Source: a virus (taxonomy: Duplodnaviria > Caudoviricetes). From it: a stretch of DNA of 64,000 nt. The notes beneath the pieces were generated by a model that was not told the DNA's origin, made no database searches, and saw only the letters and a program-made list of their open reading frames with translations. Made by a program: the position numbers and the translations under genes. Numbering within the stretch: the first letter of the stretch is position 1; the number at the start of each line of letters is the position of its first letter. Of the stretch, positions 43,940 to 54,356 are shown piece after piece. The stretch lies in IMG/VR virus record IMGVR_UViG_3300031784_000006. One strand, 5' to 3'.

Positions 43940-43993
43940 TATTTTTATAGTACACTTTTAGTTATTTATTATTTAATCAAGTTATGATTTAAA

Positions 43994-45268
43994 TTACCTC
44001 TGTTCAATCCAGTTCAGAACTGCAAGTGCTGCTTTGTTAGTATTAGGACTTGCACAAGCAAGAGTATAAGTATCACTAATTGTTCCAATACCACTTCTAC
44101 CTAACTGAAGTGCCGCTTTATCATCAAGATTAACTAGAGACCCACCACCACCAATCACAAAACCACTCAAAAGATCAGTTCCACCAGATACTGCAGTTTG
44201 AGTAATATTGTACTGCATAAAGGAGTTTGGGTCTGGATGGTCTACCCAAGTTCCTCCAGTTAGTGTTGCATTTTCTAAAAGTTGCCAATAAACATTAGTA
44301 TTATCATCAGTTGCTGCTTGCAATGATCTCAAAAGCATCACCGCACCTAGATTACTAGATTTTAGACGAATGCTTATAATTGGATAAAATGTATTTGCAT
44401 TTGCCATCGTTGTCCCTGCGATGGTATTTGATATACTCTCAAGAGTTCCAAGTTTCTCTGGTTCTCCTTCTTGAATCAGAGAATTAGAACCCTGATACAT
44501 GTAATGAGTTCCTGCAACACCTGTTACATTTTCTATCTCAAGTCTAATTGGTAAGAATGGAGTAGAACACCACACTCCTGGATTTGTATTTGAGTTCTCA
44601 AAAGTATGGGATGCAATGGTCTCATTCTTCATCAACCAATTGAACTGAACCATTCCTGCACCATACCATTCATAATTGATGGAAATCATTTGTTGTTTTG
44701 TTGGGTCTGCAGTCACTCCAGTCCAACCATTTCCATCAAACTTTTCACCATTCCAATCATCTCTGTATACTCTGGTTTCTGTAACAATTCCAGTTACACT
44801 ACTACGGAGTACATAAGAATATGTTCCCCCATTATCCTCAAAATAAACACCGTTGTTTTCATCAAACAATCCAAATCTTCTGCGAATACCTACCTGTGGA
44901 TTATCAAGACGAATCGCAAATGCAAGAGTTGCACCTCTACCGGGAATGTATCTCATCACATTCTTGGTTTGGCGAACAACTTTACTTCCAAGAGTGGACC
45001 CAACTTGCATCACAATATTACTGGCATTTGCATTAAATGTTGCAGTTCCAACTCCAACTACTCTTTCATCCCATACATCAGTCTCTTTACCATACTGGAA
45101 AGTGTTAAAGAATACTGTTTGATATGGAGATATTTTAAATCTGTTGTTGTTGGTAAATTGAGGTCTCCAGTCAGTCTGGTTTCCCCAGTGATCTGCAATA
45201 TTATAAACTTCAAAGAGACTTCTCTCTTGATTTAGAAAGTCTTGTGTAGTCTTATTCCACTGAGCCAT
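43994..45268 (-). CDS. Putative virion structural protein (beta-sandwich/lectin-like)
   Basis: RQTK..RYIPG, RRFGLFDENNGVYFE, WYGAG motifs. Confidence 0.7.
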   Translation of the reverse strand: MAQWNKTTQDFLNQERSLFEVYNIADHWGNQTDWRPQFTNNNRFKISPYQTVFFNTFQYGKETDVWDERVVGVGTATFNANASNIVMQVGSTLGSKVVRQTKNVMRYIPGRGATLAFAIRLDNPQVGIRRRFGLFDENNGVYFEDNGGTYSYVLRSSVTGIVTETRVYRDDWNGEKFDGNGWTGVTADPTKQQMISINYEWYGAGMVQFNWLMKNETIASHTFENSNTNPGVWCSTPFLPIRLEIENVTGVAGTHYMYQGSNSLIQEGEPEKLGTLESISNTIAGTTMANANTFYPIISIRLKSSNLGAVMLLRSLQAATDDNTNVYWQLLENATLTGGTWVDHPDPNSFMQYNITQTAVSGGTDLLSGFVIGGGGSLVNLDDKAALQLGRSGIGTISDTYTLACASPNTNKAALAVLNWIEQR

Positions 45269-45270
45269 TA

Positions 45271-45591
45271 TTAATCAATCCATTCCAACTTTGATGGGTG
45301 GTATCTTTTTGCGTTTCTAATATTGAAATTCTTTTCAGTTACGGGATAAATCTGATGAACGACTGCTCCTGGATAATCTCCCTGAAGTTGTTCTCCTAAA
45401 TCTCTTTTAGATGGAATTCCACTTTTAGTAACCAATTCCATCCTATACAAACTTCCTTGCCACAAAACATCCGCAACATACTCTTCTCCAACCTGTTGTG
45501 GTGTTTCTGGTTGGGAGTTAATGTAAAGATTTCCGTTAAAGTCTCCGGAAATATTTACTGATTCTGAGATGAATTGTTTGAAGGATTTCAT
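45271..45591 (-). CDS. Hypothetical protein with capsid-targeting-like N-terminus
   Basis: MKSFKQFISE start. Confidence 0.8.
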   Translation of the reverse strand: MKSFKQFISESVNISGDFNGNLYINSQPETPQQVGEEYVADVLWQGSLYRMELVTKSGIPSKRDLGEQLQGDYPGAVVHQIYPVTEKNFNIRNAKRYHPSKLEWID

Positions 45592-45749
45592 TCTTCCTCT
45601 TCTGGTTCGCTATTAAACATCGAATTTGCTACTTCAGGTTTAAATTCATCAACTTTTTCTGCAGCTTTAGCAAACAAAAGGTCTTTGATTTTATCGCTAA
45701 TCTGCGAAGGTGATTCTTCAGCAGCAATCATATCCATTAAATCATCCAT
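45588..45749 (-). CDS. Small acidic prohead core protein (gp67-like by position)
   Basis: MDDLMDMIAAEESPSQISDKIKDLLFAKAAEKVDEFKPEVA...; directly after the portal gene. Confidence 0.65.
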   Translation of the reverse strand: MDDLMDMIAAEESPSQISDKIKDLLFAKAAEKVDEFKPEVANSMFNSEPEEEE

Positions 45750-45780
45750 TGTTATAAATGTAATCAGTAATCGTTTTTAT

Positions 45781-47478
45781 TTATATCTCCCCACCCTTAG
45801 GCATTTCTGCTATTTTTCCACTTGCTTCAACTGATTTTCCTTGAGAGTCTATATTTGGTTCCATCACTGGTTGCCCCAAATCCATTTGAGAAGTTTGTTG
45901 CCCTGGTTCTAGTGGCATACCTGTCATAGGATCTACAGGTATACTGGGGTCTGGAATAACTCCATCCTTAATTTCTTTTTTAATAATTTTGTCTTGCTCT
46001 AAAATTTCTTCATCAGTTTGACGAAGAATCTTACGTCTAACGTAATCTTGAGAGAAATATTTTCCAACATATGGTTCAGCAATTTGTACCATACCCAATC
46101 TTTCATTTAGCAACTCTGCATCTTTAAGTTCTGCAAAATGATTATCATACAAGAAGTCATATTGAATGTGTTCGTCCATTCTATTCCAATCTTCTGGGGT
46201 AATGATATTTTTTAGGATCAATTGAGTCCTCAACATATCACTAAACATATAAGAAAATCTCTTCCTCAGACGAGCAACAAATTTGCTGAATTTAACTTCA
46301 TCGCGAAGAATCTCTGATGATCTTCCAAGATTAAACCCACCATCTCCACCAATTCTTGTTGTAGGTACATTTAAAGATCTATAAAGTTTTTCTTGGAAAT
46401 AATTAATGTCAGTAATCTCTCCAAGGTTTTGTCCGCCAGGAAGTGTTGATATTTCAGTACCTCTTCCACCTTCTCTTCTTGGAAGCCAAAAATCCTCAAG
46501 CATTGCCATGAATTTTTTATCATCACGAATCTCACCAGTGCTTGCATCATATACCAACTTGTTACGATAACGCATCATAACATCGCGGAGATATTGTTCT
46601 GCTTTTACTTTAGGTAGATTGCCTACATCAATGTAGAAAATTCTTCTTTCTGGTGCGCGTGATAGTCTGTAGATAACAAGTGAATCTTCAATCATACGAA
46701 GTTGATTGAGAGATTTGATTGCCTTATGGAGATATGAAAGCGTTGAACCCTTATTTCTATCAACGAGTCCTGAAGTACAATATGCCACAGAATCTTTTGT
46801 CATTTTGATTCCTGCATTAGAACCTCCAAGAGCTCCAGGTGCTGGAGTTCCTGTTGGATATGTCATTTTTGGTTGATAGATAAAATATTCTTCAATTTCG
46901 GGAAAATCGAAATCCATTGGATTATCGACATTTCTATTTGAAATTTTTAATCTATCATTTTCTTTCTTTTTTGCTTGGCGTACATAACGCATTTTCATTG
47001 CGTCAATATATCTCAATTCTTGTATACCAGCCTCTGGATTTTTAAAATCTATTACTTTGTGGTAGTATAATCTACCATCAATATACCAATTTCTGTAGAT
47101 TTCGTGTGCTTTTTTATCAAAATCTAGAAGTTCTAAAATATATTTAAATTCTTCTCTAATTTTTTTCTTAATGCCATCACTAGCATTTAAATTGTCCAAA
47201 TCAATTTGAACAGGACTATCATTACTATCCGATACGATAGCTTCATTTACAATATCTTCAATGGCACTATCACACTCTGGGTGAAGCGCCATTTCACGAT
47301 ATCTTTTAATTAAATCGAATTCTGTTCTATAAACACCTTCAATATCTACATACGAACCAAAAAATCCACTAGTTAAATAATGGTCTACCCCGTCCTCCTT
47401 ATTGGGAGGAACGGGGGACATTACACTTTGCGATAATGGTTCATTATCTTCAATAGAAAAACCAAAAAGTTTTGCCAT
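45781..47478 (-). CDS. gp20: Portal protein
   Basis: WYIDGRLYY, IYRLSRAPERRIFYIDVGNLP, EDFWLPRR. Confidence 0.98.
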   Translation of the reverse strand: MAKLFGFSIEDNEPLSQSVMSPVPPNKEDGVDHYLTSGFFGSYVDIEGVYRTEFDLIKRYREMALHPECDSAIEDIVNEAIVSDSNDSPVQIDLDNLNASDGIKKKIREEFKYILELLDFDKKAHEIYRNWYIDGRLYYHKVIDFKNPEAGIQELRYIDAMKMRYVRQAKKKENDRLKISNRNVDNPMDFDFPEIEEYFIYQPKMTYPTGTPAPGALGGSNAGIKMTKDSVAYCTSGLVDRNKGSTLSYLHKAIKSLNQLRMIEDSLVIYRLSRAPERRIFYIDVGNLPKVKAEQYLRDVMMRYRNKLVYDASTGEIRDDKKFMAMLEDFWLPRREGGRGTEISTLPGGQNLGEITDINYFQEKLYRSLNVPTTRIGGDGGFNLGRSSEILRDEVKFSKFVARLRKRFSYMFSDMLRTQLILKNIITPEDWNRMDEHIQYDFLYDNHFAELKDAELLNERLGMVQIAEPYVGKYFSQDYVRRKILRQTDEEILEQDKIIKKEIKDGVIPDPSIPVDPMTGMPLEPGQQTSQMDLGQPVMEPNIDSQGKSVEASGKIAEMPKGGEI

Positions 47479-47529
47479 AATTTATTTGATTACTTTTAAT
47501 CTTTAGACTATTTATTATTCCTCATTTTA

Positions 47530-48144
47530 TTACTTTTGTTTTTTTGAATCTTCCTTATCTTTATTTTTGTCTTCTGCACTGTCCTGTGCGGAAACAGGAG
47601 CCCAGTACTGAACTTGGAAGTCAACAGTAAACTCTTCAATTGTATCAGAACTATCATAAGAAAGATCAATTGCAGAAACACTTGTTGGAAAAATATCAAA
47701 GAATTTGTAAGTTGCAGCATGAGAAAGGCCGCCGCCAGTAGGGCTGTTTTTACCGGCGGTGCTCTTAGATCTCTTAAACTGTTGTACGTATGCATCACAC
47801 ATGTAGTTTGCTGGGTTTGAAAAACCACTAGCATCACCATACTGTGCTATAGTTTGCATCCACTTTTCCATAGCCTCACGAATTAGAAAATCTTCATCAT
47901 TTATAATTGTGACAGTCCAAACATCGAATGTTCTGTCACCTGCAACCTTAAAGATTCTTCCTCTAAAAGGTACGTCAATGGAACCAACATTTGATGCCGG
48001 AAGTGCAGCAGCCTTACAGAGTAATTTGAAATTATCACCTAAAGTTATATTGGATGGTGGAGTTGGAATAGTTACCTCGAATAGATTGGGCCTAGCGCCA
48101 CCGCCTTTGAGTGCTGATTTGAAGTCCTGAATAGTGTTTGCCAT
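47530..48144 (-). CDS. gp19: Tail tube protein
   Basis: GGGARPNLFEV, FRGRIFKVAGDRTF, FPTSVSAIDLSYD; start MANTI. Confidence 0.96.
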   Translation of the reverse strand: MANTIQDFKSALKGGGARPNLFEVTIPTPPSNITLGDNFKLLCKAAALPASNVGSIDVPFRGRIFKVAGDRTFDVWTVTIINDEDFLIREAMEKWMQTIAQYGDASGFSNPANYMCDAYVQQFKRSKSTAGKNSPTGGGLSHAATYKFFDIFPTSVSAIDLSYDSSDTIEEFTVDFQVQYWAPVSAQDSAEDKNKDKEDSKKQK

Positions 48145-48178
48145 TTTTAGTTCCCCCCTAATTTTTGTTTTATTTAAA

Positions 48179-50380
48179 TCAAATAGTACCAGCAACTTCT
48201 TCAAAACTTACTCCAGTTCTTGTGGCAACGAAAGTAAGTGTTACATAGTTAATTGATTTTGCAGGTTTCAAGTAAATGTCTGCTCGGAATTCATTGTTAT
48301 CAATAACATCAGGAGTATTGTTGGAAGTATCACAGACAACCAAGAATCCATAAAGACCTCTCTTTGCCTGAACATCGCGAAGATAAGGATCGACAATGTT
48401 TCTAAAATTGGCTCTAGTAATTTCGTCGTTTAGTTCAAATAGTTGAGCCTCTGCACTTCTTTGGAGTGATTGTTCGATTGTCAGGAACAGACGACGAACA
48501 TTGATCCTATCAAAAGCAGATGCATATCCTAAAGCAGTCCTATCTCCAAAAAGCAGAATACCAAGCCCAGGTTGATTAATAATGGAGTTAATTCTTTGTG
48601 GGTATAGTTGGTCTCTCTGCGCTTTATTTGGATTATATGCCAACTTAATTGCATTATTGAGGATTCCACGTTGTTGACCTGCAGGTGAGAACCAAGGATA
48701 GGCAACAATACTAGTTCTAACCATCAATCCAGCAACGTCTGCATTGCAGGGAATATATCTGAACTTATTGTTGAATCTATCAAAGGTGTACTTATATCCA
48801 GAATCAAATACTGCATAAGATGAAGAGGAAAGTGGTGAGAAGAACTCAAGAATATTATCTGTCTGAGTGTCTGTATTTGTAATGTCAACAACATCAGCAC
48901 GATGTGGTGAAATTACTGTAACACAATCCTTTCTGGAGTTTGCAATTGAGATGAGGTGGTTTGCTTTTGCTTGAGATTCAAACTTATTAGGCATTCCAGG
49001 ACCCATAATCAAGTAATCAACTTGAATTTCGTCTCTATTTGAGAACAAATTGTAAGTAGTAAATAAATCACCTAGGGTTGCTTGCATTCCTGTTCCATTG
49101 TCACCATAATCAGAACCACCGGTTAAGTTATAAGTAACATTTCCCAATGCACTAAAAGTTATGCCTTGTGAGGGTTTATTCCAGAGACCCTCAGCATTTG
49201 TGAATTCGGTAAATGCTGTAGAGAATCCTGTTGCTACAACAGTCTCATTTACATTTAACTCATCAGATGGGTTGTCTCCAACATAAACATAATTCGAGAA
49301 TGTTGCAAGATACTCTTTCCACCAAATTTTCTGTGGAGCACTGACTGCAGATACTGCATCAGATGCTTTTGAAAGACCGACATGCTTTTCTACCAAGTTT
49401 CCTTGGATTCCAGTAACAGTTCCAGTATCATCAACAATTACGATGTGAATTTCATCACTCTTACCATTTCTATTTGTGGCATATTGTGATGTGCCTGGTT
49501 TTGGTGCAATTGAACTCCAATAAATCGCAGTATTTGACAATGATAAGGTTTGCTCGTTGTACCAATCTTTTATTGGTGCAGTTCCAGTGTTAATAGTTGT
49601 AGAAGTTGTAGCAACTCCAGCACTAGTAATCAGATTTACTGTTAGGTTTCCTCCACCAGTTGATGGTCTAAAAGATCTCAGGCGGGAATTTGGAGCGTAA
49701 GTTATTTGGGTATTTGTGCCATTTGTAGAAACCAGAGAAGTGATTTTTACGTCAACAGTATCAGTTCCTACTCCAGTAATAATACCCTTCAAATATCCAT
49801 TGAAAAGGGATGTCGTTCCAACACCAGCTGATGGTACATCAGTAAGAGTTGTGGTAACACCCATACCAACAGAAACTTGTCCAGCAAAATCAGAACCTAC
49901 TTTAATAATTTGGTCTGCTTTGTCGTCAATAACACAAACTTTTAAATTATTTGCCCAACGTCCTGGATTTTTTGCAGCAAAGATGTAGTTTGCAATATCA
50001 TCTGCATAGTTTGCCTCATAATCATCAAAGTTTTTGATTTTTAGTGTTGGCTCACCTGCAGTAGAAACTCCAGCAACGTTGCGGATTGCATTCGCATTTA
50101 CTAGGTTTGCACCATCCACTCTTGCTACCTTAAGAACACCACCATATGAAAGGAATGATGATGCACTCATCCAATATTCATATTGGGCATCGGTTGAAAT
50201 TGGTTTTCCAAAGGTTTGAATTAATTCATTCTCTGTTGTAATATCAATTGCTTCTTCAACTGGACCAATTGCAAAAGGACCAGCAATTGCTCCGATATTA
50301 TCTAATACATTATCAGCTCTTCCTACAGTTAGATCAACCTCCCTTACAAGTACGCCGGGAGATAATTGAGGAGTCGCCAT
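48179..50380 (-). CDS. gp18: Tail sheath protein
   Basis: SPGVLVREVD, WFSPAG, FDRINVRRLF, KPAKSINYV. Confidence 0.98.
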   Translation of the reverse strand: MATPQLSPGVLVREVDLTVGRADNVLDNIGAIAGPFAIGPVEEAIDITTENELIQTFGKPISTDAQYEYWMSASSFLSYGGVLKVARVDGANLVNANAIRNVAGVSTAGEPTLKIKNFDDYEANYADDIANYIFAAKNPGRWANNLKVCVIDDKADQIIKVGSDFAGQVSVGMGVTTTLTDVPSAGVGTTSLFNGYLKGIITGVGTDTVDVKITSLVSTNGTNTQITYAPNSRLRSFRPSTGGGNLTVNLITSAGVATTSTTINTGTAPIKDWYNEQTLSLSNTAIYWSSIAPKPGTSQYATNRNGKSDEIHIVIVDDTGTVTGIQGNLVEKHVGLSKASDAVSAVSAPQKIWWKEYLATFSNYVYVGDNPSDELNVNETVVATGFSTAFTEFTNAEGLWNKPSQGITFSALGNVTYNLTGGSDYGDNGTGMQATLGDLFTTYNLFSNRDEIQVDYLIMGPGMPNKFESQAKANHLISIANSRKDCVTVISPHRADVVDITNTDTQTDNILEFFSPLSSSSYAVFDSGYKYTFDRFNNKFRYIPCNADVAGLMVRTSIVAYPWFSPAGQQRGILNNAIKLAYNPNKAQRDQLYPQRINSIINQPGLGILLFGDRTALGYASAFDRINVRRLFLTIEQSLQRSAEAQLFELNDEITRANFRNIVDPYLRDVQAKRGLYGFLVVCDTSNNTPDVIDNNEFRADIYLKPAKSINYVTLTFVATRTGVSFEEVAGTI

Positions 50381-50463
50381 GTTTTTCTCCGTAATCTCAG
50401 TTAACTAAAAATTATTTATTAAAAACTTACTTTACGTGGGAGGAAACACGACGTGAATAGCAA

Positions 50464-50694
50464 TCACCAGTCAGGATAATCAAACTCAGATGAATTCTTT
50501 ATCGATTTTCTACCTTCAGATATTCTTTTTATGGTACATTCTTTGCATTCATACGAATATGAGGATGCAACTGGGCCCCTATCTTTACGAGTTCTATAAA
50601 ATTCTCCAATTAAATTTTTAATTTCGCCACAAACTCTACATTTTCTATCTGTTAGTAAAAGATGACCTAATCTTATCTGCTTATCTAGTTCCAT
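50464..50694 (-). CDS. Small zinc-finger protein
   Basis: CRVC...CKEC; start MELDK. Confidence 0.65.
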   Translation of the reverse strand: MELDKQIRLGHLLLTDRKCRVCGEIKNLIGEFYRTRKDRGPVASSYSYECKECTIKRISEGRKSIKNSSEFDYPDW

Positions 50695-52340
50695 TATGAT
50701 AGATATTCCCACATATACGCACGATCGCCATATTCATCCACATACCATCTATCACCATCACTGTCTGTAAAACTTGTTTCATCTAGTCCGTCATTAATAA
50801 AACCAAATGGTGACATATCCTGCTCTATCTGATTTTTTTGCTCCTCATATAGTCTCTTTCTTACATCTTGGTCTGTAAGTTCTTTAAAATAATCTTGAGC
50901 TACTAACCAAGCATAAATTACTAAGCACATTGCCAAGTCATCGTTACATCCTTCTTCAGCCTCGAAAGAGTTGTGCTTCTGGATAAATGTTGTCAACTCC
51001 GAAATTATTTCATAGTCGTTAAGAAAAAGTTTACTCTCCTCAATCATTGTCTTTAGGTTTAGACATCCAACTTTTTTTACAGTTTTGGACATTTTAACTC
51101 CAAGTTGAGTTTTCTTTCCAGAAAATCCTTGACCAACAATTTGACCTGCTCTACCTCTCATAGAACACATGAGAAGATTATTGTATTCTAAGTCATATTG
51201 AAGAATGCTTGCTACCTGATCTCCAACGTCATTTACCTCACATAAAATATATGCATTATTATATGCTGTCGCCGCTTCGTGAATTATACTGGGGAAAAGC
51301 ATAGGTTTAATTTCATTATTTCTATATTTTGCAACTACTTTGTGGGGGAATTGTGTAATATCAATAATGGTAAACGCAGAGTAATCATTTCCAACACCTC
51401 TAGCAACGTCTACAGTAATGAGATAATCATGATTCTCCTCTGGGTCTACATAAACATCTAGACCAGCACTACGGGTCTTGGGGGCATCGTAAACAAGGGT
51501 TCTAAGTTTAGATGGTGCAATTAGAGTATCGACAGAACCTAAGAATTCGCATTCAAACTCAACCTTAAACTGTTGTTCTGATGTGTTTGCAATTGTTTGC
51601 TTTTTCCATTCCTCATCTCTTCCGGGAACTTCACTCCAATGAACGTCTGTAAAGACATATTCGTTCTTACCCTTTTCCGCATCATGCCACATTCGGTAAA
51701 AATGATTCATACCATGTGGAGTAGAAACAATTATAACTTTAGTTTGTTTACCTGAAGTAATTGTTGGATAAACTGACGCAAAGAATGAGTCTGCGATATG
51801 ATTTGGAACGAAAGCAAATTCGTCCAAAAATAGGATATTGAATGACATACCACGAACTGCAGAAGCAGAAGTAGAAGCAGCCAAGATTTTACTTCCATTT
51901 TCCAATTCCAAAGAACCTTTGTTCCAAGATATAATTCCTTGCTGCATCCATTTTGGTAGATTTTCATAAGCGGTTTGTAATCTATCTAATAGTTCCCGTG
52001 CCGTTGCTGCTTTGTTTGCAAGAATACCAATATTAACATTATCATTAAATACTGCATAATGTAGTAAAAATGATACTACAGTTGTAGATTTGCCCGTCTG
52101 GCGAGGCATCTTGCATATATTGAATCTATGATTGTGAAAGTTATTGATTAACTTTTCTTGGAAATGATATGGTTTAAATGTTTGAAGACCATGATCCAGA
52201 GTTACAATCTTTACATAATTATTTGCAAAGTAAACGGGATCATCCTTACATCTCATAAACTCAAGAATTTGTTCTTGAGTAAACTCAATTGGGGTATTTG
52301 CTTTTTTTAAAAGTGGATTGCCAAGATAAACATCAGACAT
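50694..52340 (-). CDS. gp17: Terminase large subunit
   Basis: PRQTGKS, FLDEFAF, STPHG, DVARG, DDLAM. Confidence 0.98.
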   Translation of the reverse strand: MSDVYLGNPLLKKANTPIEFTQEQILEFMRCKDDPVYFANNYVKIVTLDHGLQTFKPYHFQEKLINNFHNHRFNICKMPRQTGKSTTVVSFLLHYAVFNDNVNIGILANKAATARELLDRLQTAYENLPKWMQQGIISWNKGSLELENGSKILAASTSASAVRGMSFNILFLDEFAFVPNHIADSFFASVYPTITSGKQTKVIIVSTPHGMNHFYRMWHDAEKGKNEYVFTDVHWSEVPGRDEEWKKQTIANTSEQQFKVEFECEFLGSVDTLIAPSKLRTLVYDAPKTRSAGLDVYVDPEENHDYLITVDVARGVGNDYSAFTIIDITQFPHKVVAKYRNNEIKPMLFPSIIHEAATAYNNAYILCEVNDVGDQVASILQYDLEYNNLLMCSMRGRAGQIVGQGFSGKKTQLGVKMSKTVKKVGCLNLKTMIEESKLFLNDYEIISELTTFIQKHNSFEAEEGCNDDLAMCLVIYAWLVAQDYFKELTDQDVRKRLYEEQKNQIEQDMSPFGFINDGLDETSFTDSDGDRWYVDEYGDRAYMWEYLS

Positions 52341-52356
52341 AATAAAAACCTACTTA

Positions 52357-54204
52357 TTAGTTACAATTCCAACGGCGAAGTGCTTTATTAATATTGCTAT
52401 CTGGATCTCTTGCAGTTTCTGCAGAAGTTAGTTTTGATTTCATTCCTTTCATTCGACGACAAAATGAAGCACGACGTTTCGCTCTTTTTCCTTCTGGATT
52501 TTTTTCAGTTACTGCAGTTTGAAGTTTTGAACCGGGGTTCTCTCTACGATATGCTTTAACTGCCGCTGAACTTAATCCATCAGTTTTATCTTTACGGTTG
52601 ACTGATTGCCAATCTTCACCAATTTCAACTTCTTCTCCCATTGTCTTTACATAATTCTTATTTGAACCTAACTTTGCGGAACTGCCGCCCTGGGAACTAA
52701 AAGTTTGAATAAGTGGTTGTCCTGGTTGAATTTCAGAAACCGAATGGTATACGACTATTGAACCTGGATAAACTTTTTGAATCTCATCGTTGATTTCTTT
52801 TCTGGAAGGTGTCTTTACTTGTGGGAAGAACATCTTGAGAGAATAATATTTTCCTCTCCATGAAAGAGTTACCGCGATGACATTTCCAGTCTGTGCTTGC
52901 AGTCTTGTTGCTTCGCTCATTTGAGATTTAAAACCTTTGATTGGTTCTGGTTTGATTACGTCAACTACTTCCGCAAAAGTATTTCCGTTTAAGTCTTCTA
53001 TTGTTTGTTCTGGCACACAATTTGGAACTGTTTTTTTGCCCTTTTTCTTCATTCCAACTTGCTTATATCCGGACCAACACGCCTCATCAACTTCACTTTC
53101 TCCGCCATCAAGATAGTCTGCTGCAGTATCAATATAGTCTGCTGCTTTAGTGATTTTTGACTGAACCCATGCCTCTAAATTACCTTCACCTTTTCCAACT
53201 TTTGCTCGCAATCTTTTTACGGCATTTTCGATAGTTTGAAGTTCGCCGCGAACCATTGAATATTCTTCATCTTTTGATTCGGGTATAGTAGGCATAGTTA
53301 TATTATAGTCTTTTTTTCCAGAAACCACTTCTGAAGGTAATGAAAACATATCCCAGTATTTTTGTCCGTATTTACACTCATCTCTAGACTCAACTTTTTC
53401 GCATTTAGGACAATATCTTCCTGGATTTTCTCTAATTGGTCCATCCCACTCATAATTTAAAGCATCCGTACTTTCTGATTTAGTTCCCCAGTTGTCAGCA
53501 CCAACCTTACGGCATTTAACCAAAGCACCTGATGCATACGCACTTGGCCAAACACTATATCTAGACTTTACTTTATGGTAGCAAGCATCTTTAGTTCCGC
53601 TACCTTTACCTTTTTTATCTTTTGCTTCTTGTATATCCATTTCTTCTTTGATTTTCTTTCTAGGTGAATCTGTAGAAACATAAGTTGGTTTTGCAGCACC
53701 TGATTTCTCTTGTTGACCAGAATCTGCTACCTTTTTTCTTCTTGATGCGGAACGTCTTTCTGCAGGAGTCATGCTTGCTCTTTTAGAAGAAGACACACAT
53801 TTTGGAACTCCTTCTCCCTGTTCATCACTTGCACATGTTCCACCTGTAACTACATTTACCCAACCAGATTTACCATCCTTTGATTTTGATTTACCAAACC
53901 AATCGCGAAGACCCTCTTCTTTTACAGTATCTTCATATGCAATTCTTTTTTTGCTATGTTCAATTTCTCCTTTTTGCTTAGCAATCAATTTCCTTGACCA
54001 AGCGCCAACATTAATATCTTTTGGATTTTCATCTGGCATTCTCTTTTTGGGATTGTCGAAAACATCGACATCACCATCAGCATCACGATCAACATATTGA
54101 ACAGCAGCGTGATGCACTAACTGTTTAAGATCAAGATTAGGATCTAACTGATGTTGTTTTGCCTTTAAATGTGGCGTTTTGTGGGAAAATTTTGGATATT
54201 TCAT
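52357..54204 (-). CDS. Modular basic protein with Cys-containing mini-domains, inserted between gp16 and gp17
   Basis: 615 aa; modules such as GLRDWF, SAYASGALVKCR, EACWSGY, FCRRMKG..RRWNC. Confidence 0.85.
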   Translation of the reverse strand: MKYPKFSHKTPHLKAKQHQLDPNLDLKQLVHHAAVQYVDRDADGDVDVFDNPKKRMPDENPKDINVGAWSRKLIAKQKGEIEHSKKRIAYEDTVKEEGLRDWFGKSKSKDGKSGWVNVVTGGTCASDEQGEGVPKCVSSSKRASMTPAERRSASRRKKVADSGQQEKSGAAKPTYVSTDSPRKKIKEEMDIQEAKDKKGKGSGTKDACYHKVKSRYSVWPSAYASGALVKCRKVGADNWGTKSESTDALNYEWDGPIRENPGRYCPKCEKVESRDECKYGQKYWDMFSLPSEVVSGKKDYNITMPTIPESKDEEYSMVRGELQTIENAVKRLRAKVGKGEGNLEAWVQSKITKAADYIDTAADYLDGGESEVDEACWSGYKQVGMKKKGKKTVPNCVPEQTIEDLNGNTFAEVVDVIKPEPIKGFKSQMSEATRLQAQTGNVIAVTLSWRGKYYSLKMFFPQVKTPSRKEINDEIQKVYPGSIVVYHSVSEIQPGQPLIQTFSSQGGSSAKLGSNKNYVKTMGEEVEIGEDWQSVNRKDKTDGLSSAAVKAYRRENPGSKLQTAVTEKNPEGKRAKRRASFCRRMKGMKSKLTSAETARDPDSNINKALRRWNCN

Positions 54205-54356
54205 TCAACTGGTTTTGATTTAGTCTCCTCACCTTTTGCTCTTTTCTTTCTCGCCGCACAGTGAGCACGTTGAGAAAATCCTTTTGGACTAGAGCAATCA
54301 ATACTCTTTTTATATTTATCGCTCCAGTCTTCTTGAAACTGTTTAAATGTCTTCAT
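54201..54356 (-). CDS. Small basic protein (51 aa) with capsid-targeting-like N-terminus
   Basis: Manually translated MKTFKQFQEDWSDKYKKSIDCSSPKGFSQRAHCAARKKR...*; not in the ORF track. Confidence 0.75.
   Translation of the reverse strand: MKTFKQFQEDWSDKYKKSIDCSSPKGFSQRAHCAARKKRAKGEETKSKPVE

Noticed and set aside
50464-50694. Homing endonuclease next to gp17
   Set aside because: Only a CxxC/CxxC zinc finger is present, with no HNH or other catalytic motif.
18316-52340. Inteins in gp41, gp43 or gp17
   Set aside because: Lengths are normal and no Cys/Ser...His-Asn splicing insertions were seen.
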